Below, piece after piece: positions 12,410 through 50,112 of a stretch of DNA of 64,000 nucleotides. The position numbers and the translations under genes are program-made. The first letter of the stretch is position 1, and each line of letters opens with the position of its first letter. The stretch covers positions 64,299 through 128,298 of the forward strand of contig NIVC01002970.1 in assembly GCA_002269645.1 (NCBI GenBank), in the 5' to 3' direction. This DNA comes from Macrostomum lignano. Taxonomy: Eukaryota. Under the pieces are notes generated by a model. It saw only the letters and a program-made list of their open reading frames with translations, was not told the origin of the DNA and searched no databases.

Positions 12410-12550
12410 ATTAAGTTTAGGTCTCATGAGTTTTAGATTTCATGAAGTTTAGGTCACACGAAGTTTAGGTCACACGAAGTTTAGGTCTCATCAAGATTAT
12501 GTCTCATATTCTTTAGGTCTTATGAAGTTTAGTTCTTATAAATTTAGGTT
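12410..12550. repeat. Short degenerate ~16-bp tandem repeat (TTTAGGTCTCATGAAG)
   Basis: TTTAGGTC recurs about 8 times. Confidence 0.7.
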
Positions 12551-15385
12551 TTGTGAAAGTGGACAATTAAATATTTTAGGTGTGTTCCCAAACAGTGTTC
12601 AAGCAATGCACAGCGGGAGGTTGGGTTAGTCGAGCATTGCAGACTTCCCCTCCACTTTCCCGACGATTCTTACATACGAGCTATGCTTTTTTACTTGCTT
12701 ACCTAAATACTTAGCCTTATTGTTGCGCAGACTTTCCTACGGGGGGGATTGGGTATTCTTGTCCATCGGGACAGCGGGAGGCCAAGTCCGACCCCGACCC
12801 CCTGTTGTGTCTGGGCGCGGGCTGAGGAGGATCCGGGGGGCGCCATGCAGATGCCAGGTTTTTTGACGGTTTGACGTGTCCTTTCTTCAACTTTGAGGGT
12901 TGAAGGCATCGAGCAGACGGGGGGGAGGGGTGAGGGAAGAAGATGAAGCAAAGTAAAGGAGACTTTGAACGATTATCCGGATTGACAACTCAACTTCCCC
13001 AAGTTTGTAGATCCTGAAAACGTGCAAGTGATTGATTGATGCTAAATTGTAGTCGATCAAATCTCGCTATAAAATCAAGTGATCTCATCTTTACTTATTC
13101 GCTAACTGACGAAATGAGTTTGTCAAGCAAGACACTGCATTCTAGTGTCTTGAAAAGTGTCTTGAAAATACTTGGCAATCCAGACTCTTTTTGAAGGTTT
13201 TCTTGGCTTGGGTCGGGGGGCCACTGAGGGCCAGACAAGGCATCGCCTGGAAGGTTCCGTTTTCAGGATCTTACCTAGCCGAACTCCCGTCTGCCCCTGG
13301 AAGATAATGCTATCTCTGTATGTGCCGCAGCGCCTGCTTTGAAAAAAAAGCATTTTTTCTGACGACGAGCGAGAAGAAAACATTTTTGCCCCCCGCGCTT
13401 ATACTAGTAGGGTGAATACTGTGAGACTGGATATGGCTAGTCCCTGATGATTCGATGCGGTCAGAATCACAGAACCGGTGCGCGTGCTTGCGTGTTGGAA
13501 TTGCACAGAACGTGCCTTTGCTGCTGACGCTGACTCCGACTTGTGAGGCCGAGACGGGTTGGCTGACTAAGCTGTGTCAGGAAGAATTAGTAAGTCTATA
13601 TAGGTATCCCCAACCTGTAACCTTAATTAACTTTCATTGTTGCCTAGGATTGCTTCATATTATTGAGCAAGTTCATGACTTCTGATTTGTATCGAAAGCA
13701 ATTTCCTACACCGCGGCGGGGTAATAAAAAAGACGAACAATACGAGCTAGCAAGAAGGTTGCGAGTACCTTCGGCGACGTCCCACTGAAATCAGTTCTGC
13801 CCATTTCGCTGACTCCTGACTGTTGTACAGTCAGGGAAACTGTTGTACACTGTGCAGCCGTAGGGTCAGGCATGTACACTCCCTGTGCCTTGGGGGTTGG
13901 CCTTCATGGCTGCGAATCGCACCCTGCCCTCTGCACCCCTGGGTGAAAATTGGATAAAAGATAATTTGGTGGTATTTCGGCTTGAAACAGAATCATTTTA
14001 TCAGTCCCGTCCTCTCTAATTAAGGCTCATCAGTCAGTATTCGCACCTTTTGCACAGTCGCTTACTTAAATTGCATCTGAAGGTGATAATCAGTATGCGA
14101 ATCGTTTTGATGAGTCACACTGGCGCAGTGAGTTCTAAAATCTACCGATAATTGAGTGAGGCTGTTGACGCTGCAGTTTAGGAGAGCTCACCCCACTCTC
14201 TCCTTTGTGGTTCTTCAGCAAACACAAAAGCTTGAGCAATGGGTTTCCGTAGTCGTATAATGGTCGTACGAAATCTACCGTAGTGGGTCTCCGAGCGTCG
14301 CAGCTATACATGTCTATATGAAGGCAAACAATGAATGAGCAAACCGAAATCTGAGCAAATTTTCAGCGAGCAAGTTGAGCAACGCGAGAGACAAAGAGAG
14401 AAGAAGGGACCGCTGCCTGTTGTGGCTTAGAAGGGAAAAATAAGGTCCGTTCGCTCTCGATTCGTACCTGGCCTAGCTGGCTTGAGTGGAAAGCAAACAC
14501 ACAGTGAAGGTCGATGTGCTCAAGGGTTTTGGCAGTACAGGAAGTGGCTTCGGTTTGCCGTTGTCTTTTTTGGTTTTACAGTCTGTGTAATAGGTTGATC
14601 CCAATCTTCCGCCTGTTCTCCCGAAACTCTCACTACTCACTCGCTGGCTCAATCAATCACTCAATCCTGCTGCTCTTGTCTCGAGTGTGAGAAGGATTGG
14701 GTGGGTTTGGGACGACTCAGCCCCAAGTTCCAGGCCGCTATGACGAAGCCGAGGCTTTGTTTTGTCAGGACTCCCCGTGTGTTTGCCTACCGACGTGTGT
14801 GTGTGCGCAGGAGCGGCTTCGGAGGGTCCGTTTCACAAGCAGAGAAAATGAAGCTTCGGAATATAAATTAAAGACAAACAAATGGTCGACGAGCGGAGGC
14901 CACACACACACACTCTCCACACACCCAGAGGCAGAGGCAGCCACTGCCAGGCTTCAACTCCAACTGTACTCAAAATTCAAACAAGCCGACGTGAAGACCC
15001 CGGCCAGGAAGGAACCGCCGGAGCCCATTGCTGACAGAGCAAGTTGAGGCGGCAGCTGAGGAAAGCCAGTTCAAATCTCAGCTATGCACGCAGTCTATAG
15101 TTTTGTTTGATGGGTGGAGGAGACAGAAGTGGGTTATGGGGGAGAAGAGGAGATGGAGGGATAGAGAGAGAGGAATTATTGACAGCCCTACCTCCGCGGA
15201 CCTCAATTGCTTCCAAAAACTGATGGGCGCCCCATACTGACTGACAAGCTACCATCCGGAACTGTGGGGTGGCAGGGAGGGCAGACCGGCAGGCAAAAGC
15301 CCCACCAGACTTGTCTGTCGACTGAGAGGCAGCCACTGCCCGCCTTTCTCAGCTTGCTTTTTAGTTAGCCCCTATTCGCTGGCAG

Positions 15386-15398
15386 ACCTCATTGGCTA
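15386..15398 (-). promoter_or_regulatory. Candidate NF-Y CCAAT box upstream of Frizzled
   Basis: The reverse strand reads AGCCAATGAG, matching the NF-Y consensus, ~200 bp before the ATG; motif match only. Confidence 0.3.
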
Positions 15399-15589
15399 GG
15401 CACACACGTCACTCACCTCACCAACCCATTTCTTCGGAATAAAAGCAGGCTTACAAAAGAGAATCGGGGGATACCCACACACACACACGCGAGCGCCTTG
15501 TCTCTTGTCAAAGCTAATAGCTTTCTTTCATAAGACCATAGATAGGATAGCTCGATTTTATTAAAGAGAACAAGGACGAACGCATCGAG

Positions 15590-17563
15590 ATGTCACTGCA
15601 ACCACTGCACTGTCATCTTCTACTGCTGATCTTGCTAGCGTCGCCCGCAGCTATCGCGGCTCTGGAGTTCAGCCAGCACAAATGCGAGCCAATATCGATT
15701 GAAGTTTGCCAGAACATCGGCTATAATCAGACAACGAAGTTGCAAAACTTGGCCGGTCACAGCGACCCGCGCGACGCCGAAGTTCTGTTGAGCACGTTCT
15801 CCCCACTCATCTCGTATCAGTGCTCGCGCAATCTCAAGTTCTTCCTGTGCAGCGTCTTGATGCCAATGTGCGACGCCAAGTGGCCTAAACCCATCGGCCC
15901 GTGCCGGCCGCTGTGCGAACGCGTCCAGCACCGATGCCTGCCCGTGCTGGAGAAGTTCGGCTTCAAATGGCCGACTTTCCTCAACTGCACCCGATTCCCA
16001 ATCAGCAACCAGCGCGGCGACGAAATGTGCATGGAGGGCAGTCCGGAAAGCGATCTGGACGACTCGTCAACGTCGCAGTCTTTCTGGCCGGAGGGCAGCG
16101 GTCTCGACTATCGCTACCCGTCGAACGGACCGGCTGTTCGGCCTCCGTCAAAAGATGTCGATGGAGGTGCTGGGGAATCTAACATCGATTGGAACGAGCG
16201 TCTGCGCGCCTGGCGAGCGGCAGTTCGGGCCAAGTCCTTCCAGCCGGACTGCCGCCACATGCGCAACAACCGGCAGTACGCGTACATCAACCACACTGGC
16301 GACTGCGCGCTGCGCTGCAACGGCCATGATCTGTTCAGCGAGGGAGACAAGCGCCTCGCCGACATCTGGATCGGCGTCCTAGCCAGCCTGTGCGCGTTCA
16401 GCTCCCTGGCCACCATCTTGACTTTCCTAATCGACAGGCCCAGGTTCAAGTATCCGGTGCGGCCCGTTGTGTTCATGGCGCTCTGCTACCTGTGCTACAG
16501 CATCTCGTACTTTGTCCGCCTCATCGCTGGCCGGGAGACGGCCGCCTGCGACCGCGATCCTCTCACAGGTCAGCTGGTGCTCATCCGCCAGGGTCTGGAC
16601 AACACCAACTGCGCCGTTGTCTTCTTACTGCAGTACTTCTTTAGCACGGCTGCCAACGTCTGGTACGTTATCCTGGTGTTTACCTGGCTGCTGCAGGCCG
16701 GCTGGAAGTGGAGCCCGGAGGCTGTGGCCAAGCGGTCCTGCTATTTTCACCTGCCCGCCTGGATTCTGCCAGTCGGTCTGACTGTCGCCGTACTGATTCT
16801 TCGCCGCGTGGAAGCCGACGAACTGTTCGGCATGTGCAACGTTGGCCACCAGAGCAGCGACATGCTTCTCGGCTTCGTGATCGTGCCCAACCTGCTCTTC
16901 CTGCTGCTCGAGGCCGTCTTCCTAGTCGCCGGCTTCGTCGCCATGTCGCGAGTTCGTCGACACGTGAAATCCGACGGCCAGAAGACGAACAAATTCGACG
17001 TGCTAATGGGCAAAATCGGTCTGTTCTCGGCGCTCTACATCGTTCCAACCGCTTGCTTGACTGGCTTCAATTTCTACGAGTTCTCCAATCGCGACCTGTG
17101 GCACCTGCCTGGCAGTCCGTTCCGCCCCAGCGTGGCCGCCTTCCTCATCAAGGTTTTCGCTTCTCTGGCCATCGGTCTCACCACGGTGCTGTGGATCTGG
17201 AGCTGCAAGACAGTCAACTCTTGGCGCAGCTTCCTGCTGCCGGGACGCAGCGCCGCTCACTACCGGAAGACAGCCTGCGGCTCCGCTCCGGAGGCCGCTC
17301 TGCCGCCGCTGCCGCAGCAGCATCAGCAGCATCAGCAGCAGTACCAGCAGCAGGCTCAGCATCTCAACGGTGGAGCAGCTTCGCCAAACGGCTGGACCAA
17401 GCAGCATCCGATGCAGCAGCAGCAGCAGCATCATCATTACCAACAGCTGCAGCCACCATTTCAACAGCATCAGCAGCAGCACTTTGCTCTTGGCGACAAG
17501 ACCATTACCGGCTACCCGAAGATGCAGCAGAGACCTGGTCCCGACTCGACCACCTTCCTGTGA
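15590..17563 (+). CDS. FZD4: Frizzled Wnt receptor, FZD4 group (FZD4/9/10 clade), intronless, 657 aa
   Basis: Signal peptide; 10-Cys CRD (CEPISIEVCQNIGYN...FLCS...GPCRPLC...KWP...LNC...MCMEG); seven hydrophobic helices; KTxxxW (KTVNSW) after TM7; Lys at position 6.32 (MGKIGLF) and a short Cys-free ECL3, as in FZD4; Gln-rich tail ending in a PDZ-type T-F-L. Confidence 0.95.
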   Translation: MSLQPLHCHLLLLILLASPAAIAALEFSQHKCEPISIEVCQNIGYNQTTKLQNLAGHSDPRDAEVLLSTFSPLISYQCSRNLKFFLCSVLMPMCDAKWPKPIGPCRPLCERVQHRCLPVLEKFGFKWPTFLNCTRFPISNQRGDEMCMEGSPESDLDDSSTSQSFWPEGSGLDYRYPSNGPAVRPPSKDVDGGAGESNIDWNERLRAWRAAVRAKSFQPDCRHMRNNRQYAYINHTGDCALRCNGHDLFSEGDKRLADIWIGVLASLCAFSSLATILTFLIDRPRFKYPVRPVVFMALCYLCYSISYFVRLIAGRETAACDRDPLTGQLVLIRQGLDNTNCAVVFLLQYFFSTAANVWYVILVFTWLLQAGWKWSPEAVAKRSCYFHLPAWILPVGLTVAVLILRRVEADELFGMCNVGHQSSDMLLGFVIVPNLLFLLLEAVFLVAGFVAMSRVRRHVKSDGQKTNKFDVLMGKIGLFSALYIVPTACLTGFNFYEFSNRDLWHLPGSPFRPSVAAFLIKVFASLAIGLTTVLWIWSCKTVNSWRSFLLPGRSAAHYRKTACGSAPEAALPPLPQQHQQHQQQYQQQAQHLNGGAASPNGWTKQHPMQQQQQHHHYQQLQPPFQQHQQQHFALGDKTITGYPKMQQRPGPDSTTFL

Positions 17564-18409
17564 ATTCAATAGTCCCAACAAAGGTAAGCGTTGTCTTATT
17601 TCTTAAGACAAGTTAAGGTTTTCGAAGAGTGATAATTACAATACTAATCAACCTATCAATCTATTAGCGTTAAATGGTCAATATTTGTAGATTCTGAGGA
17701 GATTCTGACTGACAGGTGTGTAGTGATAATGACCTGCTAGCTTGAAAAGGTCTGAACAGAGACTGGCTTCGCAAGCGTAATATTAGGGACTGGGTAAACA
17801 ATCACGGCGAACGGTCTCTCAGATTTACAAGCATAGTGAACGTCAAATAGTTAAATTTGGCCCTTGCTTTTCTTGGCAAAATTATTCTAAGCATTATAGC
17901 CTTGCCTCTGCCTGACTGACTGACTCAGTGCAGAGGGGGTGGCTGCTGTGCTAAAGGAAGGTGTCTTAACTTGAAAACCCAGTGCATAGGTCCCTTAGAC
18001 CCGCGAGCTTGAAGGGGTTTTAAGCTTTAGCTTAGCGTAAGGAAAACTCTATGTATGAGGTGGCGGTCCAGTGATTTTCAATTGATAACACCCAAGCCTA
18101 CCAGCGCAAGGAAAAGCTTTTGCCTGGGTAGAGAATGCATTACTTTTGGCACAGTCAGTCAAGCCTCAAGCAATGCCACCCTGCTTTAATCAACTAATTT
18201 ATACCCTTACCTGTCAATCAAACAGCATTGACTGCCTTGGGGTCTGTCCCCTCAGGTCTGCCTGACCCTACCAAGCACCGTGGTTTGATCTGGGCCTGGT
18301 TAGACAAGGTGTGTAGCGTTAAGATTAACGCTTGCAGTCTGCAATATTTTAACAAAGGTTGCTATGACTTTAATTATGATCCCATTGACACTTATTTGAC
18401 AGTACTGAC

Positions 18410-18565
18410 ACAGCTGAAGTATTCCTGACACAGTTCTGACACACTTCTGACACAGTTTGACCGCCCTGACACAGTTTGGCATTCCTGACACAGTTTACCA
18501 GCCCTGACATGGCTTAAATGTTCCTGACACAGTTTACCAGCCCTGACACCTAATTTAACTAGATT
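18410..18565. repeat. Degenerate CTGACAC-core tandem repeat
   Basis: CTGACAC recurs about 10 times with variable spacing. Confidence 0.6.
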
Positions 18566-19534
18566 GATATAAACCTGTCTGACACCTATGATTCTAACAA
18601 GTCGTCCATTTTTTTCAATAATCCTTTAGCCAGCCAGTCAGCATCAGCGAATCCTGTGGCTTTGAATCTGCAAATCTTCAGAAAAAATTGCGATCCAATA
18701 ATTGTCTGCTCCTGCTTGGAAGAAGCGGTAGCAATCGAGAAACGTTGCAGAAACTCCACCGTTCTCTCTCGCACGCACTCGCTAACGAGCTTAAACAGAA
18801 AATAGATTTAGCAAATTCAACATTGTATATAAGCAATCAATTGAATTCTTGTAATGCACAGACAGGCAGTTTATCTACGTATCTGCTGCGCTGTAGTTGC
18901 TGCTGTCAATAAGTTCAGCTATGCCATGCGACTAAGTCAGTTAACTCATTTCACCGTGTAGATGATAGTAAACTGGATTGTGTACTTTTTGTATTTGTAC
19001 AGCTGACTTTTACCGTGTTGTCATTGGCAACGTAGCTTCAATGTAACAAACAGTTCATGAATTATCGACAGCTTTTGTTACATATTGCAGAAAGTCAACT
19101 GGTTAGTACTGTATGTTATTTACTGCATAAAATACTTGTCTATCGAAATCAGAAAATTTTTCTTTTTTTTCATCTCATTTCGGACCAAAATTGCTTTCAC
19201 AGTTTTCATCGATTAAATTGCGCGTTTTCAATGCAGCCGATTATCTAGCGATATAGTTGACAACTCTTGCTGCTTCTAGTTCGCTAGGTTTCGAATATCA
19301 GAAACACCTGTAGTCACGAGCTTATTCTGTTACAAATCAACCTCTGTAATTACTGCAGTAGCATATGTAGGTATGTTGCGTTTGTGCGTATTTTTTGGCT
19401 ATCAATTTTCATTTTAAACTGTCAAACTATTTCCAAATGTTGTGTTTCATTCATACAATTTATTTCTGTGTATAATATATGGCTTAATGGATAGTCTTTT
19501 TTAGACTTCTAATCACAACTCGATCACCCTAACA

Positions 19535-19690
19535 GTGACACCTCTGACACTCCTGACACCCCTGACACCCCTGACACCTCTGACGCCTCCGACAACCCTG
19601 ACATCTCTGACAACTGACATCCCTGACAACCCCTGACACCCCCAGACACATCGAACACTTCTGACAGCACTGGTACCCCTGACAACCCTG
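19535..19690. repeat. 9-10-bp tandem repeat (CTGACACCC)
   Basis: CTGACA(C/A) recurs about 14 times. Confidence 0.7.
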
Positions 19691-22600
19691 CCAATCATAC
19701 TCTATTTCTGTCTTACATTAGTGCAGCTACATAGCTTGCGTCAGAGTTTCACCTGTGTTTGTAATAATCTGTTTTGTCGCTAAAAATATCTTCCTCCAAT
19801 CTGAGCTTAGTTCTGATCTCTTTTTCTATTTATATTTAAACTAAACTTTTTTAGCGTCTGAACTCAAGTCGCGAACTACAATTTGTGATCAGTTTGCTAT
19901 TGCTTTTAGCAAAAGCAGTCAGTACGAATTAGGTCGAGCTTCACCTGCCGCGCCCGAATTAATTTTTACTTTAAAAGTTTCATGTACTTTTAGCTTTTGT
20001 ATTAGTTTGAGTCAAATTTTCTATACCAATGAATGCTCTTTGTTTCAAATCAAATGTTTTTTATAGCAGTTTTAATCGTTTTTAAACAAAAAAATACTCG
20101 CATAACAACCGGCTGTTTACCTTAGCTACGGACAATAACTCTTGATCTCCAAGGTAAACTGTCCGGTTACTAGGATGATGAACTAATGCTGATTTGAGTT
20201 TTCTATCAACCATCTTTTGCATGTCCGTCTGAATTATGACTGGTCCTAATTCTCATGTTCTTATCTTCTAAAAAAATGCAATACAAAGTTTCGGCGTTTT
20301 AGTAGCGTAGTGTACATAGGACTTAGCTGACAGTTTCAAATGATAATTACCTTAGTTAACGGTTTGCATACTACTTACGATATCTGTGTACTAAATAAAT
20401 GTCTATGCTGAGAAGTATTATACTACATATTTTATGGAATCGAAGATCCGTAAATATAATTCGAAAGCTTTGTCGTTCATTTTCTCCAAAAATTCATCCC
20501 GTACATCCTTCCTTGGCATTGAGATAACTAAGCATTACGCATGGCCTTGGGGAAACGAGCCTTGAGATGAATGAGTCAGCCAACCACGCTGGGGGATACT
20601 GCTAAGCTGCACACTGTTTTAGACCCTTGGGATTTGGATATTTATTACTCTCATCAGATAGGACTGCTAACTGTTTCTTAATAACGTATTAGAAAGCGAT
20701 TTGCATGTCTGAGATTGGCAGAAGATCAGCAGCGTGCTCCACTATGGGAACTGATTAGTATAATTAGGGTCTGCATGACTCAAAATTTCGATTTTGTAAA
20801 TATTTCAAAACATCGACACAGGCCCAGACTGCTTTTTTGACATGCAGTCTTTCTCTTTCTGTCTGACTGGCCGCTATCAAACTGCAGAAATTATTTAGTA
20901 CGAGTTATGTCGTGTGTGGGCCTGTAGACTCTGAGCTCAAATTTACAAAACTGTGCTCACTATTCTGTCTGGTTTGGCTGTGTTTCGGTTTTGAGCGGTG
21001 CTATATGCAAAAGCTATCATGCAACAGGAGTGGCAGCAGGCCTCACGGCGGGGGTGGGGAGAGGGGTTGACACTGCGCGAGTGAATTGAGCGGAAGCTGC
21101 ATGAACAACTGTCAACATTCATTTCAATTCAACTCTTGTCATGCTCCTAGTGCAGGGGTTGGGTTGTTCTGGTAAAATATAGTAAAGCTAATTTTTAATA
21201 TACTCATAAAATCGCATAGAGTAAGTCTTTTGTCTGAAGAATTTAACGCTCCGCAAGTTCATTATTTCATTGTACTAAAGTACCACGTACATTTTAAGTT
21301 GGTTCAGTCTTCCCTGATCTGTAATACGTAAAGCTTCGAGTACATACTTTGTTTTAATTTCTTAACTTTCCTCTCATTCTAGCTTGTACTCAGAGCTCTA
21401 AATTGAATTCGGAATTTCGGCCAGCGGCATGCAAAAGTTTTTCAGTAACTTTTTTTCGACAGTCTCTCATATAGCTATCGCATTGTAAGGGTCAGCTGGA
21501 GCTATCATTTGTCTCTCAGTCTGCAATGCCATATTTCATCTCTGTTTGCAGTCTCTATGCTTCATCTGTCGACTCTTTTTCTTAACTTTTCGTCTCTTTT
21601 TCATTGCTCCGCTTCTACGAGTATCTCTGCTCTCCTCTTTCTTGATTATAATTTATATACCGCCTCAGTTATATTTAGAGCCTGCTGCAGCTAACTGAAC
21701 ACCTGTCACACACATCAGTCAGGTGTGACAGCGCAAACACAATGGTTATCCAAGAGAAGGCCTTCAGCTCATTTCTTTCTTTCTTTAACGGACTCAAATC
21801 TCTTTCCAACCTGGCGTGGCTTCTCGTTGAAGGCAAAGCCATTTCGTCTATCAATTGTGCACCTGATTTCTCTACCATCTCTATCCTTCCCTCCTGTTTA
21901 GTGAATTCTCTTTCCATTTCTACCCGCAGGAATGAGTTGAGTCCCTACTATTGCTCAGGCTTCTAAAATTGTGAGCCGAGAGGAAAAAAGACCGACAGAC
22001 ACTTCATTCCATAAGCATTATGCTATATGGAGAGCTGAGAACTGCATCTGACAGCTATTTGAACTGAGAGGGGGGGGGGCCGCGTGTATTATACAGAAGC
22101 GGGTATTATAACTGCCGAAATAGCGCATTTCTTCAACAACCACCCCGCGCCGCGCTTCAATCAAAAAAGAGACGCGTGTGCCATCGGGTGGGGGCAGCTT
22201 TTGGAGTAAGAGAGATGAATTTCAGCTTGTTTGCCTCCGCTGAGGCATCTAGCAGTAGCAGCAAGCAGGAGCAGCGGCAGCAGAAGCGGCGCGGTGGCTC
22301 TCCCATCAAAGTTCTCGTTATTTTTTTCTAAAAAATAACAGCAGCAGCAGCAGCGGGAGCCTCCGTTGCTTCTCTATTGTACAGAGAGAAAACAGCCGCT
22401 TGGGCATTTCCGCACTGTTTATTGCATCTTCCGTAGGAATCCGTCGTGTTCTGCGCCAACGCGCTGATTGGATTTACACGATGCGCGGGCGGTGCTGCAG
22501 CCGAGCGGGAGCCTATTGGGGGTGGGGCCATGGGATTAAGCGCGTAATGCCGATCACAGTTTACAAGTGTTCCTATCCTTGCATTGATGAGAACAATTGC

Positions 22601-23306
22601 TTGCATATGTGGATGCCAAATCCAAGAAACATTGCGTTCGAGTATGGGTCTGGGTACTCGATTCAGGAAACACATCGTTTTGGAAAAGTGTGAAAAGCTA
22701 TTTTGTTCTGCCTGAACTGGATATTCGTTTTGGCGTATGATCGAAATTTTCTTTCAACAGATGAAGGAAGTGCCATGGAAAAAGTAAGACTTTTCGGCTT
22801 GGGAAGAGTTGAAGTTAACTATATGAAGAAATTGGATTTTGCCCGCCTTCACCTTAACCTAATTAGTTAATTGGATCTGACTTGTCTGTATGAAGACATA
22901 TAGAATGTAATGAAAAATATTAATTAATATAATAGTATAATAATCCTTTTTTTATTTTTCACCATCAATCGAAACGGAGAGGGTCTTGGCCCCGACCCGC
23001 TCCCCCAAATCTCTTGTTTTCCAACTAAGTGTAGTATATTTTGCTTAAAAAGCACTTTACTGCTTAAAAACTGAAGTAAAACGCAACAAAAAATCAATTA
23101 GAATCGATTGAAGCTGTTTTTAATATTCATAATGTGGATAAGAAATAAAGCGAAAAAAGAGTTTTTGTTAAAGCTCGTTTTTTATTTTAAATACATGCAT
23201 TCCATAGAAACAAATTCCAATTATGTAAGCACGTGTTTATTGAATAATACAATTTAAATGATATTGATGAAATCATCTTTCCACTAAAATAAAAAAATAT
23301 ACAAAA

Positions 23307-38388
<15,082 letters not shown>

Positions 38389-40018
38389 ATGCCCTCGGTT
38401 TGATTCAGTTTAGCCTGTGAGTAGGAGAGGCGATTGGACTTGACAATTTCTGTTTAAGGTTTTATTTTTTACCTGACAGAATTTAGCTAAAAAAGTGAGA
38501 AGGATCCAGAAGAATCTGGAGTGTCTTATTAAAGAGATTTACCCGATCAAAACGTTTCTGCATATCAAATGCTACTCTGGTACATCTTTAAGCTATTAAT
38601 CCATGCAATATGCCATCTGGGCAATTCTCGTGGACCCATTATATCATTCTGATCGGATTAATAGATGCTCAATAGATGCTTAAAATAGTAACTCAAAATA
38701 GATTTTTCAATCAAAACTACAAAGTGTAGGTCTTATGTATAGCGACAGCATTCGAGATGATTATATATTGTTGTTTGTTATGTTTGCAGAATATTTTTTG
38801 TCTTTCATATATGTCACCTTCGCCCGTACCCATACACAAAATGTATCGTAAAAACATAATTTGTTTATCTTTGTTACTGCAAAGCCAACTTGGTATAAAA
38901 ATATTGCAAAAAATCTAATTCCTTTTTGCAGTGTTATATAAATTCTTTTTATGAGAATAATTTTAATTTGTGAATTCTCAATGAATGCAGATCCGATTCC
39001 ATCAGTACAATTTGCCAAGTAGTTATAAGTTAATTGCTATTTTTTCCCAGAGCTACATGTATATTGATTTTCAAATACAGAATCAATATTTCTTTACTTC
39101 ATATTTTGTTGGCTTTTAAGTTGAACAATTGATTTATACATGTATCACTTTATTTAAACTTCCAAATAAATCTTTTTAGTTCTTTGAGTTGTTTAACGGT
39201 TTGTTAGACTTTTACGAAATAATCTGTTAAATTGTCTTCCGGTTTTTATTCATTCTTGGAAAGTGGATTTATTGAATAAAATAGCTCTCATTTGGGCAAA
39301 TTTAGAGGTAGGGTAGATACAAGCGTATACGCGTACTTCCAGCATATTTAACATACTTGCAGTACACAATTAACATGTGTGTGAAGATAAAAAATTGGTT
39401 GAACTTGGCAGGAGGGATTGTGCAACTACTAAGAGCAACTAATTTGAGCAAAGAGATCCGCGGGGACTGGGCAATGAGCGGCAGAACTTAGGGTGTTGAA
39501 GTTTTGGATCTTAAAATATACGTGCAATATGTTATCTGCCCTACGTCGCTGCGTGCCCATGGTCCGTACTCTACTTTTTTTAAATGCGTTCCAGCGATTT
39601 TTTGTTTATTACAGCAAATAAATTTCCCTGTCCTCAAGTTGTAATACATGCAGTAGGCATGGAAACTGCTGGAGTAATCAGTGTGCAGTGTGCAACAATG
39701 ACGTTAACTTGTATTAATTAGTTTAAAGCACGGGTAAATAAAGAAATTTAAGGTAAATATTCAAAATCTAACAAGAACAAAAGCTTAATTCAAGGAATAC
39801 TTAAAAGCTATTTAATTATTGATTAGTAATTATTTAGTAATAACTTGTTTTTTGTTTAACTTGTAAAACACTTTTTAAACATCAAATTAAACAGCAAGAA
39901 TTCCTAAGAAATGTGTTCGCGCGATTCACGGCTATAGCTCACTGTAAAATGCTAAATGGTGTAGTGCGTTGGTAGAATGTACGTGCAGAGTAGTAAAAAC
40001 ACAAATACCTAAAGAAGA

Positions 40019-49328
<9,310 letters not shown>

Positions 49329-50112
49329 TGCTAAAAAAACGGTCTATAAACAGGTGTGCCTTGTTGCTTAATTTGATTTCTTTCGTTATTGTCGCTTTCA
49401 TGGGTCAGCGGAGGTGGGAGAGGTTGATGCCAAGCGTCTGTTCAAATGTACATCTAGGAATGTACATACAATGCCCACTAAATGGCCGCGTGATTCTATG
49501 GCTTACGCTGTTCTTTGGCAGTCTTGATTTTTCTTGGATAGAAAATCTTTACAGTGCTGTATAGACTACTGAGAATAGTAGGCAAAATAAAATTTTGATC
49601 GTAAAAGCTCTCGCATAGCTCGAAAAATGTAAAACAGTGTAAAACAAATGCATGTGCACACTGAGAGTCGCGGGAAAGGTCGGTGTGTGGCCGGCTATTA
49701 TCACCTGTTAATTAATTTTCGTATCTAAATTATAAGAGCTTCAAACTTGCCCTGATGACACTATTATTGCTCAGATGTTGTTATCAAATTGATCATTCTT
49801 ATTACCACGAAGTTACGCTACATGTAAGTGTGTATGCCTGTTAGCGTTTTGTAATAATATTAAATAAACAGATGATCATTTTGTGTTTTTTACTTTCTTC
49901 CATGATTAGCCTTTTTCTATTGCAAATTTTAATATTTCAAACTGTAGTGTTTTTGCTTCTTCCAAAAAGTTACTGCTAGCTGGAAAGTAAAAAAATGTAG
50001 GTTTTTGTGAGGTGACCACTGGTGTGAAATGACCAGTTGTGTGAAATGTTAACCCAGAGGCAAAAATTACGTTCTTACATTCTTACATTACATTAGATTC
50101 ATTTAAATTATA

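Noticed and set aside
14243-14310. tRNA-Val-like start GTTTCCGTAGTCGTATAATGGT
   Set aside because: No B box or T arm and no acceptor-stem partner.
13025-14665. TGATTGAT/ATCAATCA Pbx-type motifs upstream of Frizzled
   Set aside because: The same words occur elsewhere in the window as TGAT micro-repeats; no conservation data.
15635-17616. Overlapping and antisense ORFs across Frizzled
   Set aside because: Expected shadows of GC3-rich coding sequence; no motifs.
18586-21966. Short protein-like frames on the minus strand (18586-18774, ~20460-20760, 21500-21917)
   Set aside because: Interrupted by stops, no recognisable motif and no consistent splice model; possibly old TE debris.
39309-39543. 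hAT-like TAGGG(T/C)AGATA inverted pair
   Set aside because: Flanking 8-mers (TTTAGAGG versus CGTCGCTG) do not match, so there is no TSD.
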